Of a DNA stretch of 64,000 nt, positions 21,225 through 31,390 are shown in pieces. The stretch comes from Vulcanimicrobiota bacterium (GTDB lineage: Bacteria > Vulcanimicrobiota > Vulcanimicrobiia > Vulcanimicrobiales > Vulcanimicrobiaceae): assembly GCA_963795855.1 (NCBI GenBank), contig CAWCIZ010000002.1, positions 192,001 to 256,000 of the forward strand. Reading direction: 5' to 3'. Position numbers and translations under genes: made by a program. The notes under the pieces are model-generated. The model did not search any database, was not told where the DNA came from, and saw only the letters and a program-made list of their open reading frames with translations. Within the stretch, counting starts at the first letter, position 1. Each line of letters begins with the position of its first letter.

Positions 21225-21725
21225 TTATGCAACGCCGCCGTACGCGATACTGTAGAGCGATTGCAGCACCGCTTGCGTGCCGACTTCGGTTTCGAGCATT
21301 TCCAGCGGCGTAACGCCGCCGAGGTAGCGGTTCGCCGCGCGAAGCCACGCCAGCGCCTTTTCGTGCGTGCCGACCAGACGGCCCGCGAGCAGCGTCATTG
21401 ACGCCAAACGCACGACGCGATCGGACGTCGCCAGATTGAGACGCTCGCTGCGTCGCTTCTCTAAAAGATATCGCTGAATCGTGCGCGTCGAATTTGCGGT
21501 GACGCGCGCGATCTCTTCGATGCTGTACCCGCGTTCGCGCAACGCGATAATGGTGGACGCGGGCAAGCCGCGGCGCACCTCGTCACTCAGTTCGCGGGGA
21601 TTCCCGGCCCGCGCCACGCCGCGTGCCTTGAGCAAGGCGCCGATTTCGGACGGAGTCACCGCCGCTTCGACAAGTGTCGTGGCAGGTAATGCCATTTGTC
21701 GTAAGTGTATCACTGCTGCGCTCAT
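21225..21725 (-). CDS. Xre/MbcA/ParS-type antitoxin
   Basis: VRRGLP, HTH, SDRVVRLA...ALAWLRAANRYLGGVTPLEML.TEVG..AV...L..IAYG. Confidence 0.88.
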   Translation of the reverse strand: MSAAVIHLRQMALPATTLVEAAVTPSEIGALLKARGVARAGNPRELSDEVRRGLPASTIIALRERGYSIEEIARVTANSTRTIQRYLLEKRRSERLNLATSDRVVRLASMTLLAGRLVGTHEKALAWLRAANRYLGGVTPLEMLETEVGTQAVLQSLYSIAYGGVA

Positions 21726-21781
21726 GTGTCGAGCGTAGCAGGGGCCGGTGCCAGGGGCCTGGCACCGGGCCTCGCCCAGCT

Positions 21782-22807
21782 TCAGGGCATGACGGTGACG
21801 CGCCCTTCCATCAGCGAGTTATCGTGGTAGACGCAGCCGTAGTAGAACTGGCCGGCCTTCGTGAACCGCAATTGGAATTTTTGACCCGGCGCAAACGTGC
21901 CGGAGTTCACGATCTTCGAACCGTCGTAATCCGTTATCCCCGGCGGGGCGACGACATTGACGGCGGGGTCGGGCGGGATGGGGGGCAGATCGCTTTGCCC
22001 CGCGACGTTGAACGTCACGGTGTGCGGTTCGTTGCTGCTTTCATTCACCCACGTAAGCACCGTACCTACCTTGATAGTCATGTTCCCGGAGTTGGAGAGC
22101 AACTTTCCGATGTCGAGGAACCGAAGCACGGTCGAGTCGGCAGGCGGAAAATGCACCAGTCCGGGAGAGATTCCGGCAGCAAGCGTGGTTCCGCCGGGCT
22201 TGAACGGGAACGACGAGATGGAAGCAAATCCGGCGTTCAAATCGTCCCAACGCTCCGTTTGCGCGGCGTTCGCGTAATACGCGGCGGTATGCGGATACGG
22301 TGTGCCGGTTCGCTGCACTACGACCGTCATCACCATGGCCGGCTCGTGGAACAAGCACAAGATGCGATACGTTCCGGGCGTCGGAAAGTTCAGCGTGAAC
22401 ACTTGCCCGCCGGCTAAAATGCCCGAGTTGAGCGCATGCGTTCCGTCGACGGTGCTTCCACCGTACGGATTGACGTCGTTCGGATCGAACGGCGTCGGAA
22501 CTTTCGCGCCGGCCGGGAAGAACGAGACGGTATGCGCATCCCCGCCGGAGCCGCTCGCGACGTGATACGAGACGGTATCGCCCGCGTTAATGGTGATCGC
22601 ATTCGGATAGAAGTCGAGGTCTTGTACGGCGAAGTTGTGATCTGAAGCACCGGTTCCAATACTCCAGTTCGTCGACGCGAAACCGGCCGTTTGCGCGGCT
22701 CGATCCACGCTTGCCGGAACCGAAGGAATCGGCGACGTCGATTGCATGCCGCCACCCGCGCAGGCTGACAATGAAAGGATCCACAAACAGGAAAGGGCCT
22801 TGCGCAT
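21782..22807 (-). CDS. Lipoprotein with two cupredoxin (type-1 copper) domains
   Basis: Lipobox LSAC; AHTVSF...CLFHEPAM and PHTVTF...CVYHDNSLM. Confidence 0.8.
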   Translation of the reverse strand: MRKALSCLWILSLSACAGGGMQSTSPIPSVPASVDRAAQTAGFASTNWSIGTGASDHNFAVQDLDFYPNAITINAGDTVSYHVASGSGGDAHTVSFFPAGAKVPTPFDPNDVNPYGGSTVDGTHALNSGILAGGQVFTLNFPTPGTYRILCLFHEPAMVMTVVVQRTGTPYPHTAAYYANAAQTERWDDLNAGFASISSFPFKPGGTTLAAGISPGLVHFPPADSTVLRFLDIGKLLSNSGNMTIKVGTVLTWVNESSNEPHTVTFNVAGQSDLPPIPPDPAVNVVAPPGITDYDGSKIVNSGTFAPGQKFQLRFTKAGQFYYGCVYHDNSLMEGRVTVMP

Positions 22808-22908
22808 AAGCGCTCCTTTTGCAAAGCAACGGTAGGACCCATTGTACTGCGGGGAAGCGCTCGGCGTTACAGAGAAGGGCTTCCTCTATCGCCTAACGAG
22901 CGGACGAG

Positions 22909-23875
22909 CTACCGCTGCGGCCCTGGAGCGTCCGGTTCGCTCATGATGTCTTCCTTCGTGACGAACCAGCTCGAGAGATCCGACGGCGGGTGATCCGACG
23001 CGGTGATCGCGTCGAACGTCACGCTGGCGCGTTCGTACCGGTGGTCGCCCACACCGACCGGCGCCGCCGCCGACTCCTCTGCAATGTACAGCGCGCCGTT
23101 CAAGTCGGCGAACGTCACGGTCCACGGAACTGCAGATCCGGTGAAATTGCTCGCGCTTACGAGTTTGCGCGTTTCGTATGTTTGCGTGTCGATCCAGAGT
23201 TCGCGCAAGCGCAGCCGCGGCGAATCGTACGCCGGCTTGAGCAGCAGATGGTAACATTCGTGCCCGCCGACGTTATCGGTTCCGGCCATCGTAACGATGT
23301 ACCGGTGCTGGAATCCGGTCACGACCGCGATCGTTTTCATTCCGCCTTCATTCGCGAGCTGCGCGGCTTTCACGGGCGGCGTCGGGTCGGCGAACTCGCG
23401 CCGAATTTCTTGAACCAGCGCGTCCGGATCGCTTTCTCCTTCGAATGCCGCCGAGCTCATGCCGAACGAATACGTGGGAGAGATCATCGGCACGCCGAGA
23501 TAATCCACCGCTTCGCCGGGGTTGCCGACCTTTTTGTCAAACAGCACTTTGCCCTGACGGCGCGGGAGCAAATGAAATGTAATACCGTTGGGATCGGGCG
23601 GAGCTGCGCGCTCTTCATCGCTTACCGGGTTAACGTAGATTTTTGCGTTTTGCGCGTCGTAAGCAAGATGATAGTGCTTCTCTTTGTCGACGCCGTGTTC
23701 GGTGACTCGAACCGTGACCATGTAGTCTGAGATACGCCGGATAGCGTTGCTGCGCCCACACGTTGCGCGCGCGGCCAAAGATTTGGTACGGGTCGGCATT
23801 CGCGGCGCGACCCGGCATGGTGCTGCTTCCTACAATGCCGACGGCCACGATGGCCGCGACGAGCAACCGCCTCAT
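22909..23875 (-). CDS. Secreted hypothetical protein, possibly LolA-like fold (frameshift near 23730); paralog of 57336-58194
   Basis: Signal peptide + DPYQIFGRARNVWAQQRYP joined to the downstream ORF containing CYHLLLKP...RLRELWIDTQTY. Confidence 0.65.
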
Positions 23876-23914
23876 CTATAGCACCTATTCCCGGAAGTAA
23901 GCGTTCCCCCCAGC

Positions 23915-24286
23915 ATGGCCCCAGGATTGTTTGCTACGTTACACACCGTGAAGAGCTGCAAGGGGGCGGACGGCGCGCGTATCGTCGTTCTGCGTGGTGA
24001 TTTGGACGTGTTCCGGGCCGATGAGGTTCGCCAGGCTCTCCAGGAGGCCGCCGCAGAGCCTCTGCTCGTGATCGACCTGAGTGAGGCGCGCAGCATTTCC
24101 GCAAGCACGCTAGGCGAGCTCGTTCGCAGCTACAAGCAGCGGCTCAATGCCGGCCTGCAAACCGCCCGCGTGGTGGTTCGGTCGGCGCACGTGCGCAAGA
24201 TCTTCGACATCACCGGCCTTTCGCGGCTTTGGCCGTTCTTCGAGAGCGTCGATGCGGCAAAATGCCATAGTGGTGGCATGAAATAA
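23915..24286 (+). CDS. STAS-domain anti-sigma factor antagonist-like protein
   Basis: IVVLRGDLDV...LVIDLS...LGELV...VRKIFDITGL. Confidence 0.85.
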   Translation: MAPGLFATLHTVKSCKGADGARIVVLRGDLDVFRADEVRQALQEAAAEPLLVIDLSEARSISASTLGELVRSYKQRLNAGLQTARVVVRSAHVRKIFDITGLSRLWPFFESVDAAKCHSGGMK

Positions 24287-24301
24287 CGCCACGCTGGCGG
24301 C

Positions 24302-24856
24302 ATGCGCTATGCCGTCATCGACGTGGAAACGACCGGCTTTTGTGCCCGCAACGATCGCGTGGTGGAAGCCGCGTGCGTGCACGTGGATAACGGCGAGATC
24401 GCGGCGACGTGGGCCACGCTCGTCAACCCGGGGCGTTCGATTCCTCAATATGCAACACGCGTTCACGGCATTACCGACGCCGACGTCGCGAACGCCCCGC
24501 CATTCGAGTTCGTTCAGCGCAAACTGTTTGAACGATGCGCGGGCGCGCTCGTCGTTGCGCACAACGCGGCATTCGATTTGAGTTTCCTTCCGATGCTCGC
24601 GACGGTGCCGTCGCTGTGCACGCTTCGCTTGGCTCGAAGACGCTTTCCGAATGCTCCCAATCATAAAAACCAAACGCTGCGCGGATATTTGGCGGTCGAT
24701 GACCTGCTGCGAACGCGGACGCCGTTTCCATATGAGCCGGATTCGGCGCCGCATCGCGCGCTGGCCGATGCGCTCGTTACGGCGGGCATACTTTTGCGCT
24801 GCCTCGAACGGCCGCACGCAGGGCAAACAGGCGGATATGTCCTAAGGACGGCTTAG
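24302..24856 (+). CDS. DEDDh 3'-5' exonuclease (DnaQ-like)
   Basis: VIDVETTG, VAHNAAFDLSFL, HRALADA. Confidence 0.92.
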   Translation: MRYAVIDVETTGFCARNDRVVEAACVHVDNGEIAATWATLVNPGRSIPQYATRVHGITDADVANAPPFEFVQRKLFERCAGALVVAHNAAFDLSFLPMLATVPSLCTLRLARRRFPNAPNHKNQTLRGYLAVDDLLRTRTPFPYEPDSAPHRALADALVTAGILLRCLERPHAGQTGGYVLRTA

Positions 24857-24881
24857 GTGGGCACTTGCCTCACGGAGGAGG

Positions 24882-25805
24882 ATGCGGGTGAAACGGTTCG
24901 TGCCGGTGCTTTTCGCTGCGAATACGGTACTTTTGTCGGCGTGCGGCGGAGGAGGCGCGAGCGGCAGCCGCATCGGTCCACCGCCGACAGTTGCGCCCAC
25001 CCAAACGCCGGGCGCTATCGGCGCTGAAGGCACGCTCGTGGACGACGCCGGCGGCACTCCACTTGCCGGGCAGAGAGTCCAGCTCGATCCGTGGATCGCG
25101 TATCCGACGCCCGGACCGACGCCTACCCCGATCCTCACCACGACAACCGACGCGGACGGGCATTTCACGGTGAAAGCGCCCAACGGCACGTATTTGTTAG
25201 TCATCGGTCCGGACACAGTGAATACGCCGCCGCCCGGCTGGGCGACGCCGGCCCCAAGCGCGACCGATACGCCGATCCCGGGCGTGTCCGGCTGGTACGC
25301 AACCGTTCACGATCGCCTCGTGCTGAGCGGTCAAACCGTACTCGTTGCGCCGACGATGCCGCCGGAACCGTACTACACGCCGCCTGCAACCGAAACGAGA
25401 GGCGCATATCGGCTTTCCGCACTCGATCCGCTCACGGAAGCGCCGTGCATACTCGCGTACAATCAACAACGCATTGCTTTGGGGCTTCCGGCAGCCGTTG
25501 CCGACGAGTGGAGCGTTGAAAACACTCGCGCGGTTGTCAATGCATCGTATTTAGCTCTGGGCAAGTGGTGGAACGGGCACCGTCAATTTTCTGACTGGCG
25601 GCACAGGCCACGCATATGTACAGCGGTTCGAGCAATTGTGCTAATGGGTTCGACGCGGCGGCTTACGTGTTTGGCGGTATATCACAAGCGCTGAGCCCGC
25701 AAGCTGTTTGGTTTGGTGGCTTTTACTCGCAAGTATGCGAATGGCACGCAAGCCTGGGGCAGTGCGGAGTATCCGATTGACGTAGGGTTCCCAGACGAGA
25801 ATTGA
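24882..25805 (+). CDS. Lipoprotein with a carboxypeptidase-regulatory-like domain and a CAP-like segment; 3' part has several apparent frameshifts
   Basis: LSACGGGG lipobox; TTTDADGHFTV; YNQQRIALGLP; plausible reading continues across frames to TGA at 25803-25805. Confidence 0.55.
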
Positions 25806-26313
25806 TCCCTAGCCCAATTCCAAGTGGCCGTGAGTAGCGGTAGACCGTTACCTACACGGCGGGAATAGTAAAAGATCCCCAGGACGTTCCAAGTAACAGA
25901 TCTTAGTGCACGTGTTTGCCACGAGGCACGATACGAAACGTACTCCGCTTCTTCCGTTATTTCGACAGGTCCACCGTCTGACACGTACGACAGTGAATGG
26001 GCCAGTTCCTAAAGAAGGGCTATATTGTAACGCCTGCCACGGAGACGCTACCAACTTTCCCTGCCCGGAGTAGCCTTCGACGGCGCCAGCGCTCGAAATC
26101 ACAATATGGCGCATCGTTCGGCCACGCCACGTTGTATTCTGCATGATCCACCAATAACCCAACAGGGCTGAATTACTTGTGCGGCCACGAGTGCTTGTAC
26201 CGCATCACTGCTGGCCGATGAAGGCTAGATTGCAATCTGTTGTTGATTGGCCCCACCCGAGGCGACTTGCGATGCTCTGGGCCCATAGAAGTTGGGCGTC
26301 CATCCTGAAAGAA

Positions 26314-27324
26314 TTACGTTACCTGCGCTGCACGGGTTACCTGCTGGCGCCACTGATCCACGAACGCATTCGGAGCGTTGTATCCCGGTTCGTAGAGTGA
26401 AATCACGCTCGAACTCATGCAGCCGCTGCCGTCCGTAGTTACGGTTGCATCGTAGGGATCGGTGGCATTTGCGAGCGCGCGCGCGAACGTTGCGTCCGCG
26501 TAGGCGATCGCGGTGCCGCACCCTGCAGCGCGAGCTATGCCGCCGCCGAAAAGTGCGTTGACGCGTTCGGCAAGCGTTGGAACCGCACTACTCGACGCAA
26601 GCATCGTACCGGAAACCGGATAGCGTACTGCGGGCGGCCACACGGAAAGCGCGCCGGGCGTCGAGGACGGTGCGGGCGAAGGCGTATAATTCAGCACCAC
26701 GGTAAAGCCGCTCGGAGCGCTTCGCGTTGCCAACTCCAGATCGCGCTTGAGCGTCGGGCCTTCCACGTGAACGTACGTGATGTCGTTCCCGCCCGCGATC
26801 CACGGCATGCTGGGATAGAAATGGACGACGCCGCTCTGTAGTGCGGCTCCCGCGTAGAGCGAAGAGAAAATTGCGGCGGCTGGATCTTGCAACGCCGTGA
26901 TCGGATACGTGTGCGCGTAAAATTTCGTGATGTTCGCGTAGTCGACGTCGCTCGTCACGGCGCCCCCGGGCGCAGCGAAGCGATAGCGGTGCAGCGTGTG
27001 TGCGGTGGCGTCGTAAGAGTAAGCCCAAAAGTATGGCTGCTGCTTACCGTCACGCGTGAAGAAATCCACTTCATGACCGTCTGCGTTCGTTGCGCCGGTC
27101 ACGTCGTTCGGCGGCACGTAGATTGCCCACGCATCGTCTTCCTCGGACGTAAGACTGTCGGTCAATTGCGCCATAGTGCTCTGTTCGAAATCACGTTTCG
27201 CTTGAAAACGGCTTACGAGAAGCGTTTGGGATAGCGCATGAAGCATGAACCATCCGATCAGTACCGCAATGGCAACTGCAAGAACCGTCTCCAATAGCGA
27301 AAACCCACGCGAACATCGCCCCAC
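26314..27324 (-). CDS. Type IV prepilin/pseudopilin-like protein; probably continues to about 25800 through frameshifts
   Basis: Class III signal RG|FSLLETVLAVAIAVLIG (G-1, F+1, E+5). Confidence 0.8.
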   Translation of the reverse strand: MGRCSRGFSLLETVLAVAIAVLIGWFMLHALSQTLLVSRFQAKRDFEQSTMAQLTDSLTSEEDDAWAIYVPPNDVTGATNADGHEVDFFTRDGKQQPYFWAYSYDATAHTLHRYRFAAPGGAVTSDVDYANITKFYAHTYPITALQDPAAAIFSSLYAGAALQSGVVHFYPSMPWIAGGNDITYVHVEGPTLKRDLELATRSAPSGFTVVLNYTPSPAPSSTPGALSVWPPAVRYPVSGTMLASSSAVPTLAERVNALFGGGIARAAGCGTAIAYADATFARALANATDPYDATVTTDGSGCMSSSVISLYEPGYNAPNAFVDQWRQQVTRAAQVT

Positions 27325-27387
27325 GCCGCAGGTAGTGCCCGCTTGCATGGGATTCTGAGACGCGCCGTGGGTATATTAGCAGACCCT

Positions 27388-27573
27388 ATGAATACCTCGA
27401 ATTGCAAGACGGAGGGGTGGGCGCCGATGCCGCTTGATCGCGTCGCGTTCAATCTTTGGAACGCAAGCGTTCGCGCGTCGGATATTTTGGTGTTGCGCAC
27501 CGTCGGCCGGGTAATCGAACTTCAACTGCGCGGCGGAAACGGCAATCTGCGCAGTCTCGTTCTGCAATTATAG
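27388..27573 (+). CDS. Small hypothetical protein
   Basis: 61-aa ORF fills the gap between the pilin and MFS genes; no recognisable motif. Confidence 0.3.
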   Translation: MNTSNCKTEGWAPMPLDRVAFNLWNASVRASDILVLRTVGRVIELQLRGGNGNLRSLVLQL

Positions 27574-28911
27574 CGGCGCACGAATCGCGCGAACACCTGC
27601 TACCGACACCAGCACCGTCGCGAGCATAACGAGCACGAGCGCGAGTTCGTGCAACGAACCGTCCGCGGCACTGGCGCTGAAGGCAATCGCGATCAGACTC
27701 GACGCCAGCATCGCGCCGACGTAGCCGGCCGTTCGCAGCAAGCCCGACGCAACGCCGATATACGTTTCATGGGCGTGGATCGCAAGCGTCGCTTGTTCCG
27801 AAATCGGATTCATGCCGTTCGGGATTCCGAGCACTGCGCTCGCCGCCAGCACCGCAACTGCAGTCGAGTGCGCATGCAGTTGCAGCAGCAAGACCGTACC
27901 GGCGAGAGCACCGGCACACCCGTAAAACAGCGCAATCCTTGGACGCAGCCGCGCGCCGAATATGGCGCATGCGATAGCCACCAGAGAAGTCGGAAGCATC
28001 AGCAGGCCGGCCTGAGCCGGCGTCGCGCGGTGCGCTTGCTCGAGCCATTGGGGAAAGCCGTAGAATACCGAATAGAAAATCGTATAGATGGCGACATAGC
28101 GCGCGTAAACGGCGAGCAGTGGACGGTTGCGGGCGAGCATTCGCACGTCGATGAACGGCGCCGTGCTGCGCCGCTCGATGAAAAGCCACAGCGCAAAGCA
28201 CGCCACCATTGCACAAACCACGTACCATGATACGTTCCGCGGATGCAAAAGCGTGACGAGCAGGAGCGTCAGGCCGCCTGCAAACGTCACGATGCCGCCA
28301 AAATCCACGTCACGGATCGCTTGGCGCGCGTCGCGGCGCGGTGTCGTTCCGCGCGGCAGCCAAAACGCGCCGAGGAGTCCGGCACACAGCGCAACCGGAA
28401 CGACGACGAGCACGGTCGATCGCCACCCGGCAAACTGCACCAGAAGACCGCCGAGCGTCGGACCGACGACGATGCTGACCTGCCCCGCAATCGTAATCGC
28501 GCTGAGCGCGCTCGGACGAAGACGCCCGCGTTCGTCGGCGGCGAAACGGCGCAGCAGAATCATGGCTGCGGGATACGCAGCCGAGGTTCCGAAGCCCAGC
28601 ACGACGCGCCACGCTATGAGTACGCCGAGCGAAGGAGCTGCGGATCCGCCCACGCCGGCAAGCGTCGTGAGCACAAGTCCCGCGTAGAAGACGGGAATCG
28701 CGCCGTAGATGTCGGCAAGCCGGCCCATGAGCGGCTGGCCAACCGACGTTGCCAAGTACAAAGCAGCGATCAGCCACGCCGTTTGGGCGGCACTCGCATG
28801 AAACGCATCACCGATCGGCACGAGCGCCGTGGCAATGATCGAAGAATTGATCGGATTGAGCGTCAAGCCGAGCAGGAGCGGCGTGAGGTTCCGAGCACTC
28901 AGAGCCTGCAA
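27568..28911 (-). CDS. MFS transporter (DHA2-like)
   Basis: LNPINSSIIATAL, MGRLADIYG, GPTLGGLL; start codon uncertain. Confidence 0.85.
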   Translation of the reverse strand: MQALSARNLTPLLLGLTLNPINSSIIATALVPIGDAFHASAAQTAWLIAALYLATSVGQPLMGRLADIYGAIPVFYAGLVLTTLAGVGGSAAPSLGVLIAWRVVLGFGTSAAYPAAMILLRRFAADERGRLRPSALSAITIAGQVSIVVGPTLGGLLVQFAGWRSTVLVVVPVALCAGLLGAFWLPRGTTPRRDARQAIRDVDFGGIVTFAGGLTLLLVTLLHPRNVSWYVVCAMVACFALWLFIERRSTAPFIDVRMLARNRPLLAVYARYVAIYTIFYSVFYGFPQWLEQAHRATPAQAGLLMLPTSLVAIACAIFGARLRPRIALFYGCAGALAGTVLLLQLHAHSTAVAVLAASAVLGIPNGMNPISEQATLAIHAHETYIGVASGLLRTAGYVGAMLASSLIAIAFSASAADGSLHELALVLVMLATVLVSVAGVRAIRAPL

Positions 28912-28915
28912 TTCC

Positions 28916-30747
28916 TTACGTCCGCGCCAAACGTTCGAGTTCTTCGAGCAGCCGCTCCCATTCAACGACGGCGCATGCGCTCGATTCCTCCAACCGGCGC
29001 GCTTCTTCTTGCAATGCCTTCACCCGCTCGCGATCGCCGTACGTGGTGGGGTCGGCGAAGAGTGACTCGATCTGGGCGCGACGCGCGTCGATGCGCGCGA
29101 TTTCACGTTCGATACGCGTAACATTCGTTTCGAGGTTCGAACGGTGCTTGAGCGGCGTGAGCTTCGAAGATTTCGCTTTCGGCTCGCGATCTTGCCGCTC
29201 GCGCTCGCGCGCGGGACGTTCGCGATCGCGCTGCGCTGTCTCATACGCTTCGTAGCCGCCGTCGAGCAGCCCCCAATCGCCGCGCTCGATCCAGAGCACG
29301 CGATCGCAGAGGCGGCCGAGCAAATAGCGGTCGTGCGAAACGACGACGATCGCGCCTTCATACTCGACGAGCACGCGATCTCGAGCGCTTCGCGGCTGTC
29401 GATGTCCAAATCGTTCGTCGGCTCGTCAAGCAGCAGCACGTCGGCGCTGCGCGCCATCAAGCGCTGCGAGCATGATGCGCCGGCGTTCGCCGCCTGAAAA
29501 TGCGGCGACCGGTTTGTCCGCCGCATCGCCGCTGATGCGCATGCGCCCGAGCAGCGCGCGCGCATCCTTCGGGCGTTATCGGCGCGGTGTCGATCACGGC
29601 ATCGACGGCGCTTCGCGTAACATCCAGTTGATCGTGCGTATTCTGTGCGAAGTAGGCGGCGCGCGATGCGGGATTGTAGCGACCGATGCCGCGCTCGGGA
29701 GCGAGCTCCTCGGCCAAAATGCGCAGCAGCGTCGACTTGCCCGCGCCGTTCGGACCGACGATGCCGAGCCGCTCGCCTTGCTGCACGTCGACGCTCAAGA
29801 CCGGTAAACAGCGGCGGTGCATACGATTTTGACAAACCCTTTGCTTCGAATGCGAACGCGCGGCTGCCGCGGCGCGCAGAATCCAGGCGCACGGCGATCG
29901 GTGCCGGGGCGCGCGGCAGCGGCTCCGGCGGCGCTTTGCTCTTCGACGCGCGAGCTGCTTCTCGCGGCTGCGCACTTGGCTGTAGTCCGACGATGTGTGC
30001 GTTGCGCGTAGACCGGCGATACTCGCGCGGCGTTTGTCGCGCTCGTCGATGTACTGTTCGTACGCGCGGCGCTCCGCTTCCAGACGCGCTTCCCTTTGCC
30101 CCACGTAGGCGCTATATGCGCGGCGTCGCCGGCGCATATATGTGGAAGCGCTCGCGATCGAACTCCCAAATCTGCGTTGCAACGCGATCGAGAAAATAGC
30201 GATCGTGAGAAACGATGATATACGCGCGCTTGTCGGAGGCGATGAACTCCTCGAGCCACCGCACCGTTCGATGTCGAGATGGTTCGTCGGCTCGTCGAGG
30301 ATCAGATAATCGGGGTCGTCAATCAGCAGATGCGCGAGCGCCGCTTTCGCACGCTGTCCGCCGGAGAACTCGCGCAGCGGACGCTCGAAGTTTTCCGGCT
30401 CGAAGCCGAATTCCGCGAGCATGGCGCGCAGCATGCTGCTGCGCAATCCGTACGCTTCGTGATCTGCACGCGCGAGCGCGGCATCCATCAGTTGCTGCCA
30501 GCGTCGCGTGCGTTTCGTCGGCCGCGCTTTGCGCGAGGTAGCCGAGTTTCGCATTGCGCGCGCGAAAGATCTCGCCGCCCTGCGGTGTATCCGCGCCCGC
30601 CAGCAGACGCAGCAGCGTCGACTTGCCTGCTCCGTTCGCGCCGACCAAGCCGACGCGCTGCCGCTCAGCGAGTATGCCGCTTACCTCGCTGAAGATTCGG
30701 CGAGCGCCATAGTGACATTCCAGGCCGGTGAAGCGGAGCAGTTCCAA
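28916..30747 (-). CDS. ABC-F family ATPase (Uup-like), heavily frameshifted, possibly a pseudogene
   Basis: Two NBDs over several frames: GANGAGKSTLL, FSGGQR, LILDEPTNHLD, GPNGAGKSTLL, LLLDEPTNDLD, VSHDRY; C-terminal coiled coil ending EWERL. Confidence 0.8.
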
Positions 30748-30821
30748 GGCGCCTTCCCATACCGGGCGAAACGGTAGTGTTCCTGGCGGAACTTGCGGCG
30801 CGGCAGGCAAACGTTCACGCG

Positions 30822-31283
30822 ATGGTCATTCGCGCGGCGCGACCCGATGAGGCGGCGGCGCTCACCGCTTTGGCAATGCGCTCGAAGCGCTCGTGGGGAT
30901 ACGACGAAGCATTCATGCAGCGTGCCCTGCCGGATATGATCGTGACGCCCGAAGACATCGCTCGCTCGTACTGCCGCATCGCGGAGTTGGATAGCAAGGT
31001 CTGCGGATACGTGCTATCGCTCTCGCTCGACGCGGAGTCGGTGCTGCTGCGCGATTTGTTCGTCGAACCCGAGTACTTCGGCCGCGGTATCGGAACGGCA
31101 CTCTTTCATCGAGCACTGCGGCACGCCCAGGCGCGCGGCGCGCAACGGCTGACATTGGAAGCCGATCCCAACTCCCAGGCGTTTTACGAACGCTTCGGGA
31201 TGCGCTGCGTGGGAAGAGCCGCTTCCATCGCCGGCAACGGGAGAACGCTGCCCATATTGGAAGTTTCGTTGGAACGGTCTTAG
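30822..31283 (+). CDS. GNAT family N-acetyltransferase
   Basis: IRAARPDE, LFVEPEYFGRGIGTALF, ADPNSQAFYERFG. Confidence 0.9.
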   Translation: MVIRAARPDEAAALTALAMRSKRSWGYDEAFMQRALPDMIVTPEDIARSYCRIAELDSKVCGYVLSLSLDAESVLLRDLFVEPEYFGRGIGTALFHRALRHAQARGAQRLTLEADPNSQAFYERFGMRCVGRAASIAGNGRTLPILEVSLERS

Positions 31284-31390
31284 AAAGCGCCATACGTATG
31301 GCACGACGTCGGCGTACCCTCGGGCTATGAAGCGCTCCGCCCGTCCTCCACAAGGCCCGCCGCACGCATCTCCGAAACAGAGCGTAAGTC

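Noticed and set aside
20750..27573. Prophage or integrative element around the toxin-antitoxin pair and low-GC block
   Set aside because: No integrase, transposase, phage genes, tRNA target or terminal repeats seen.
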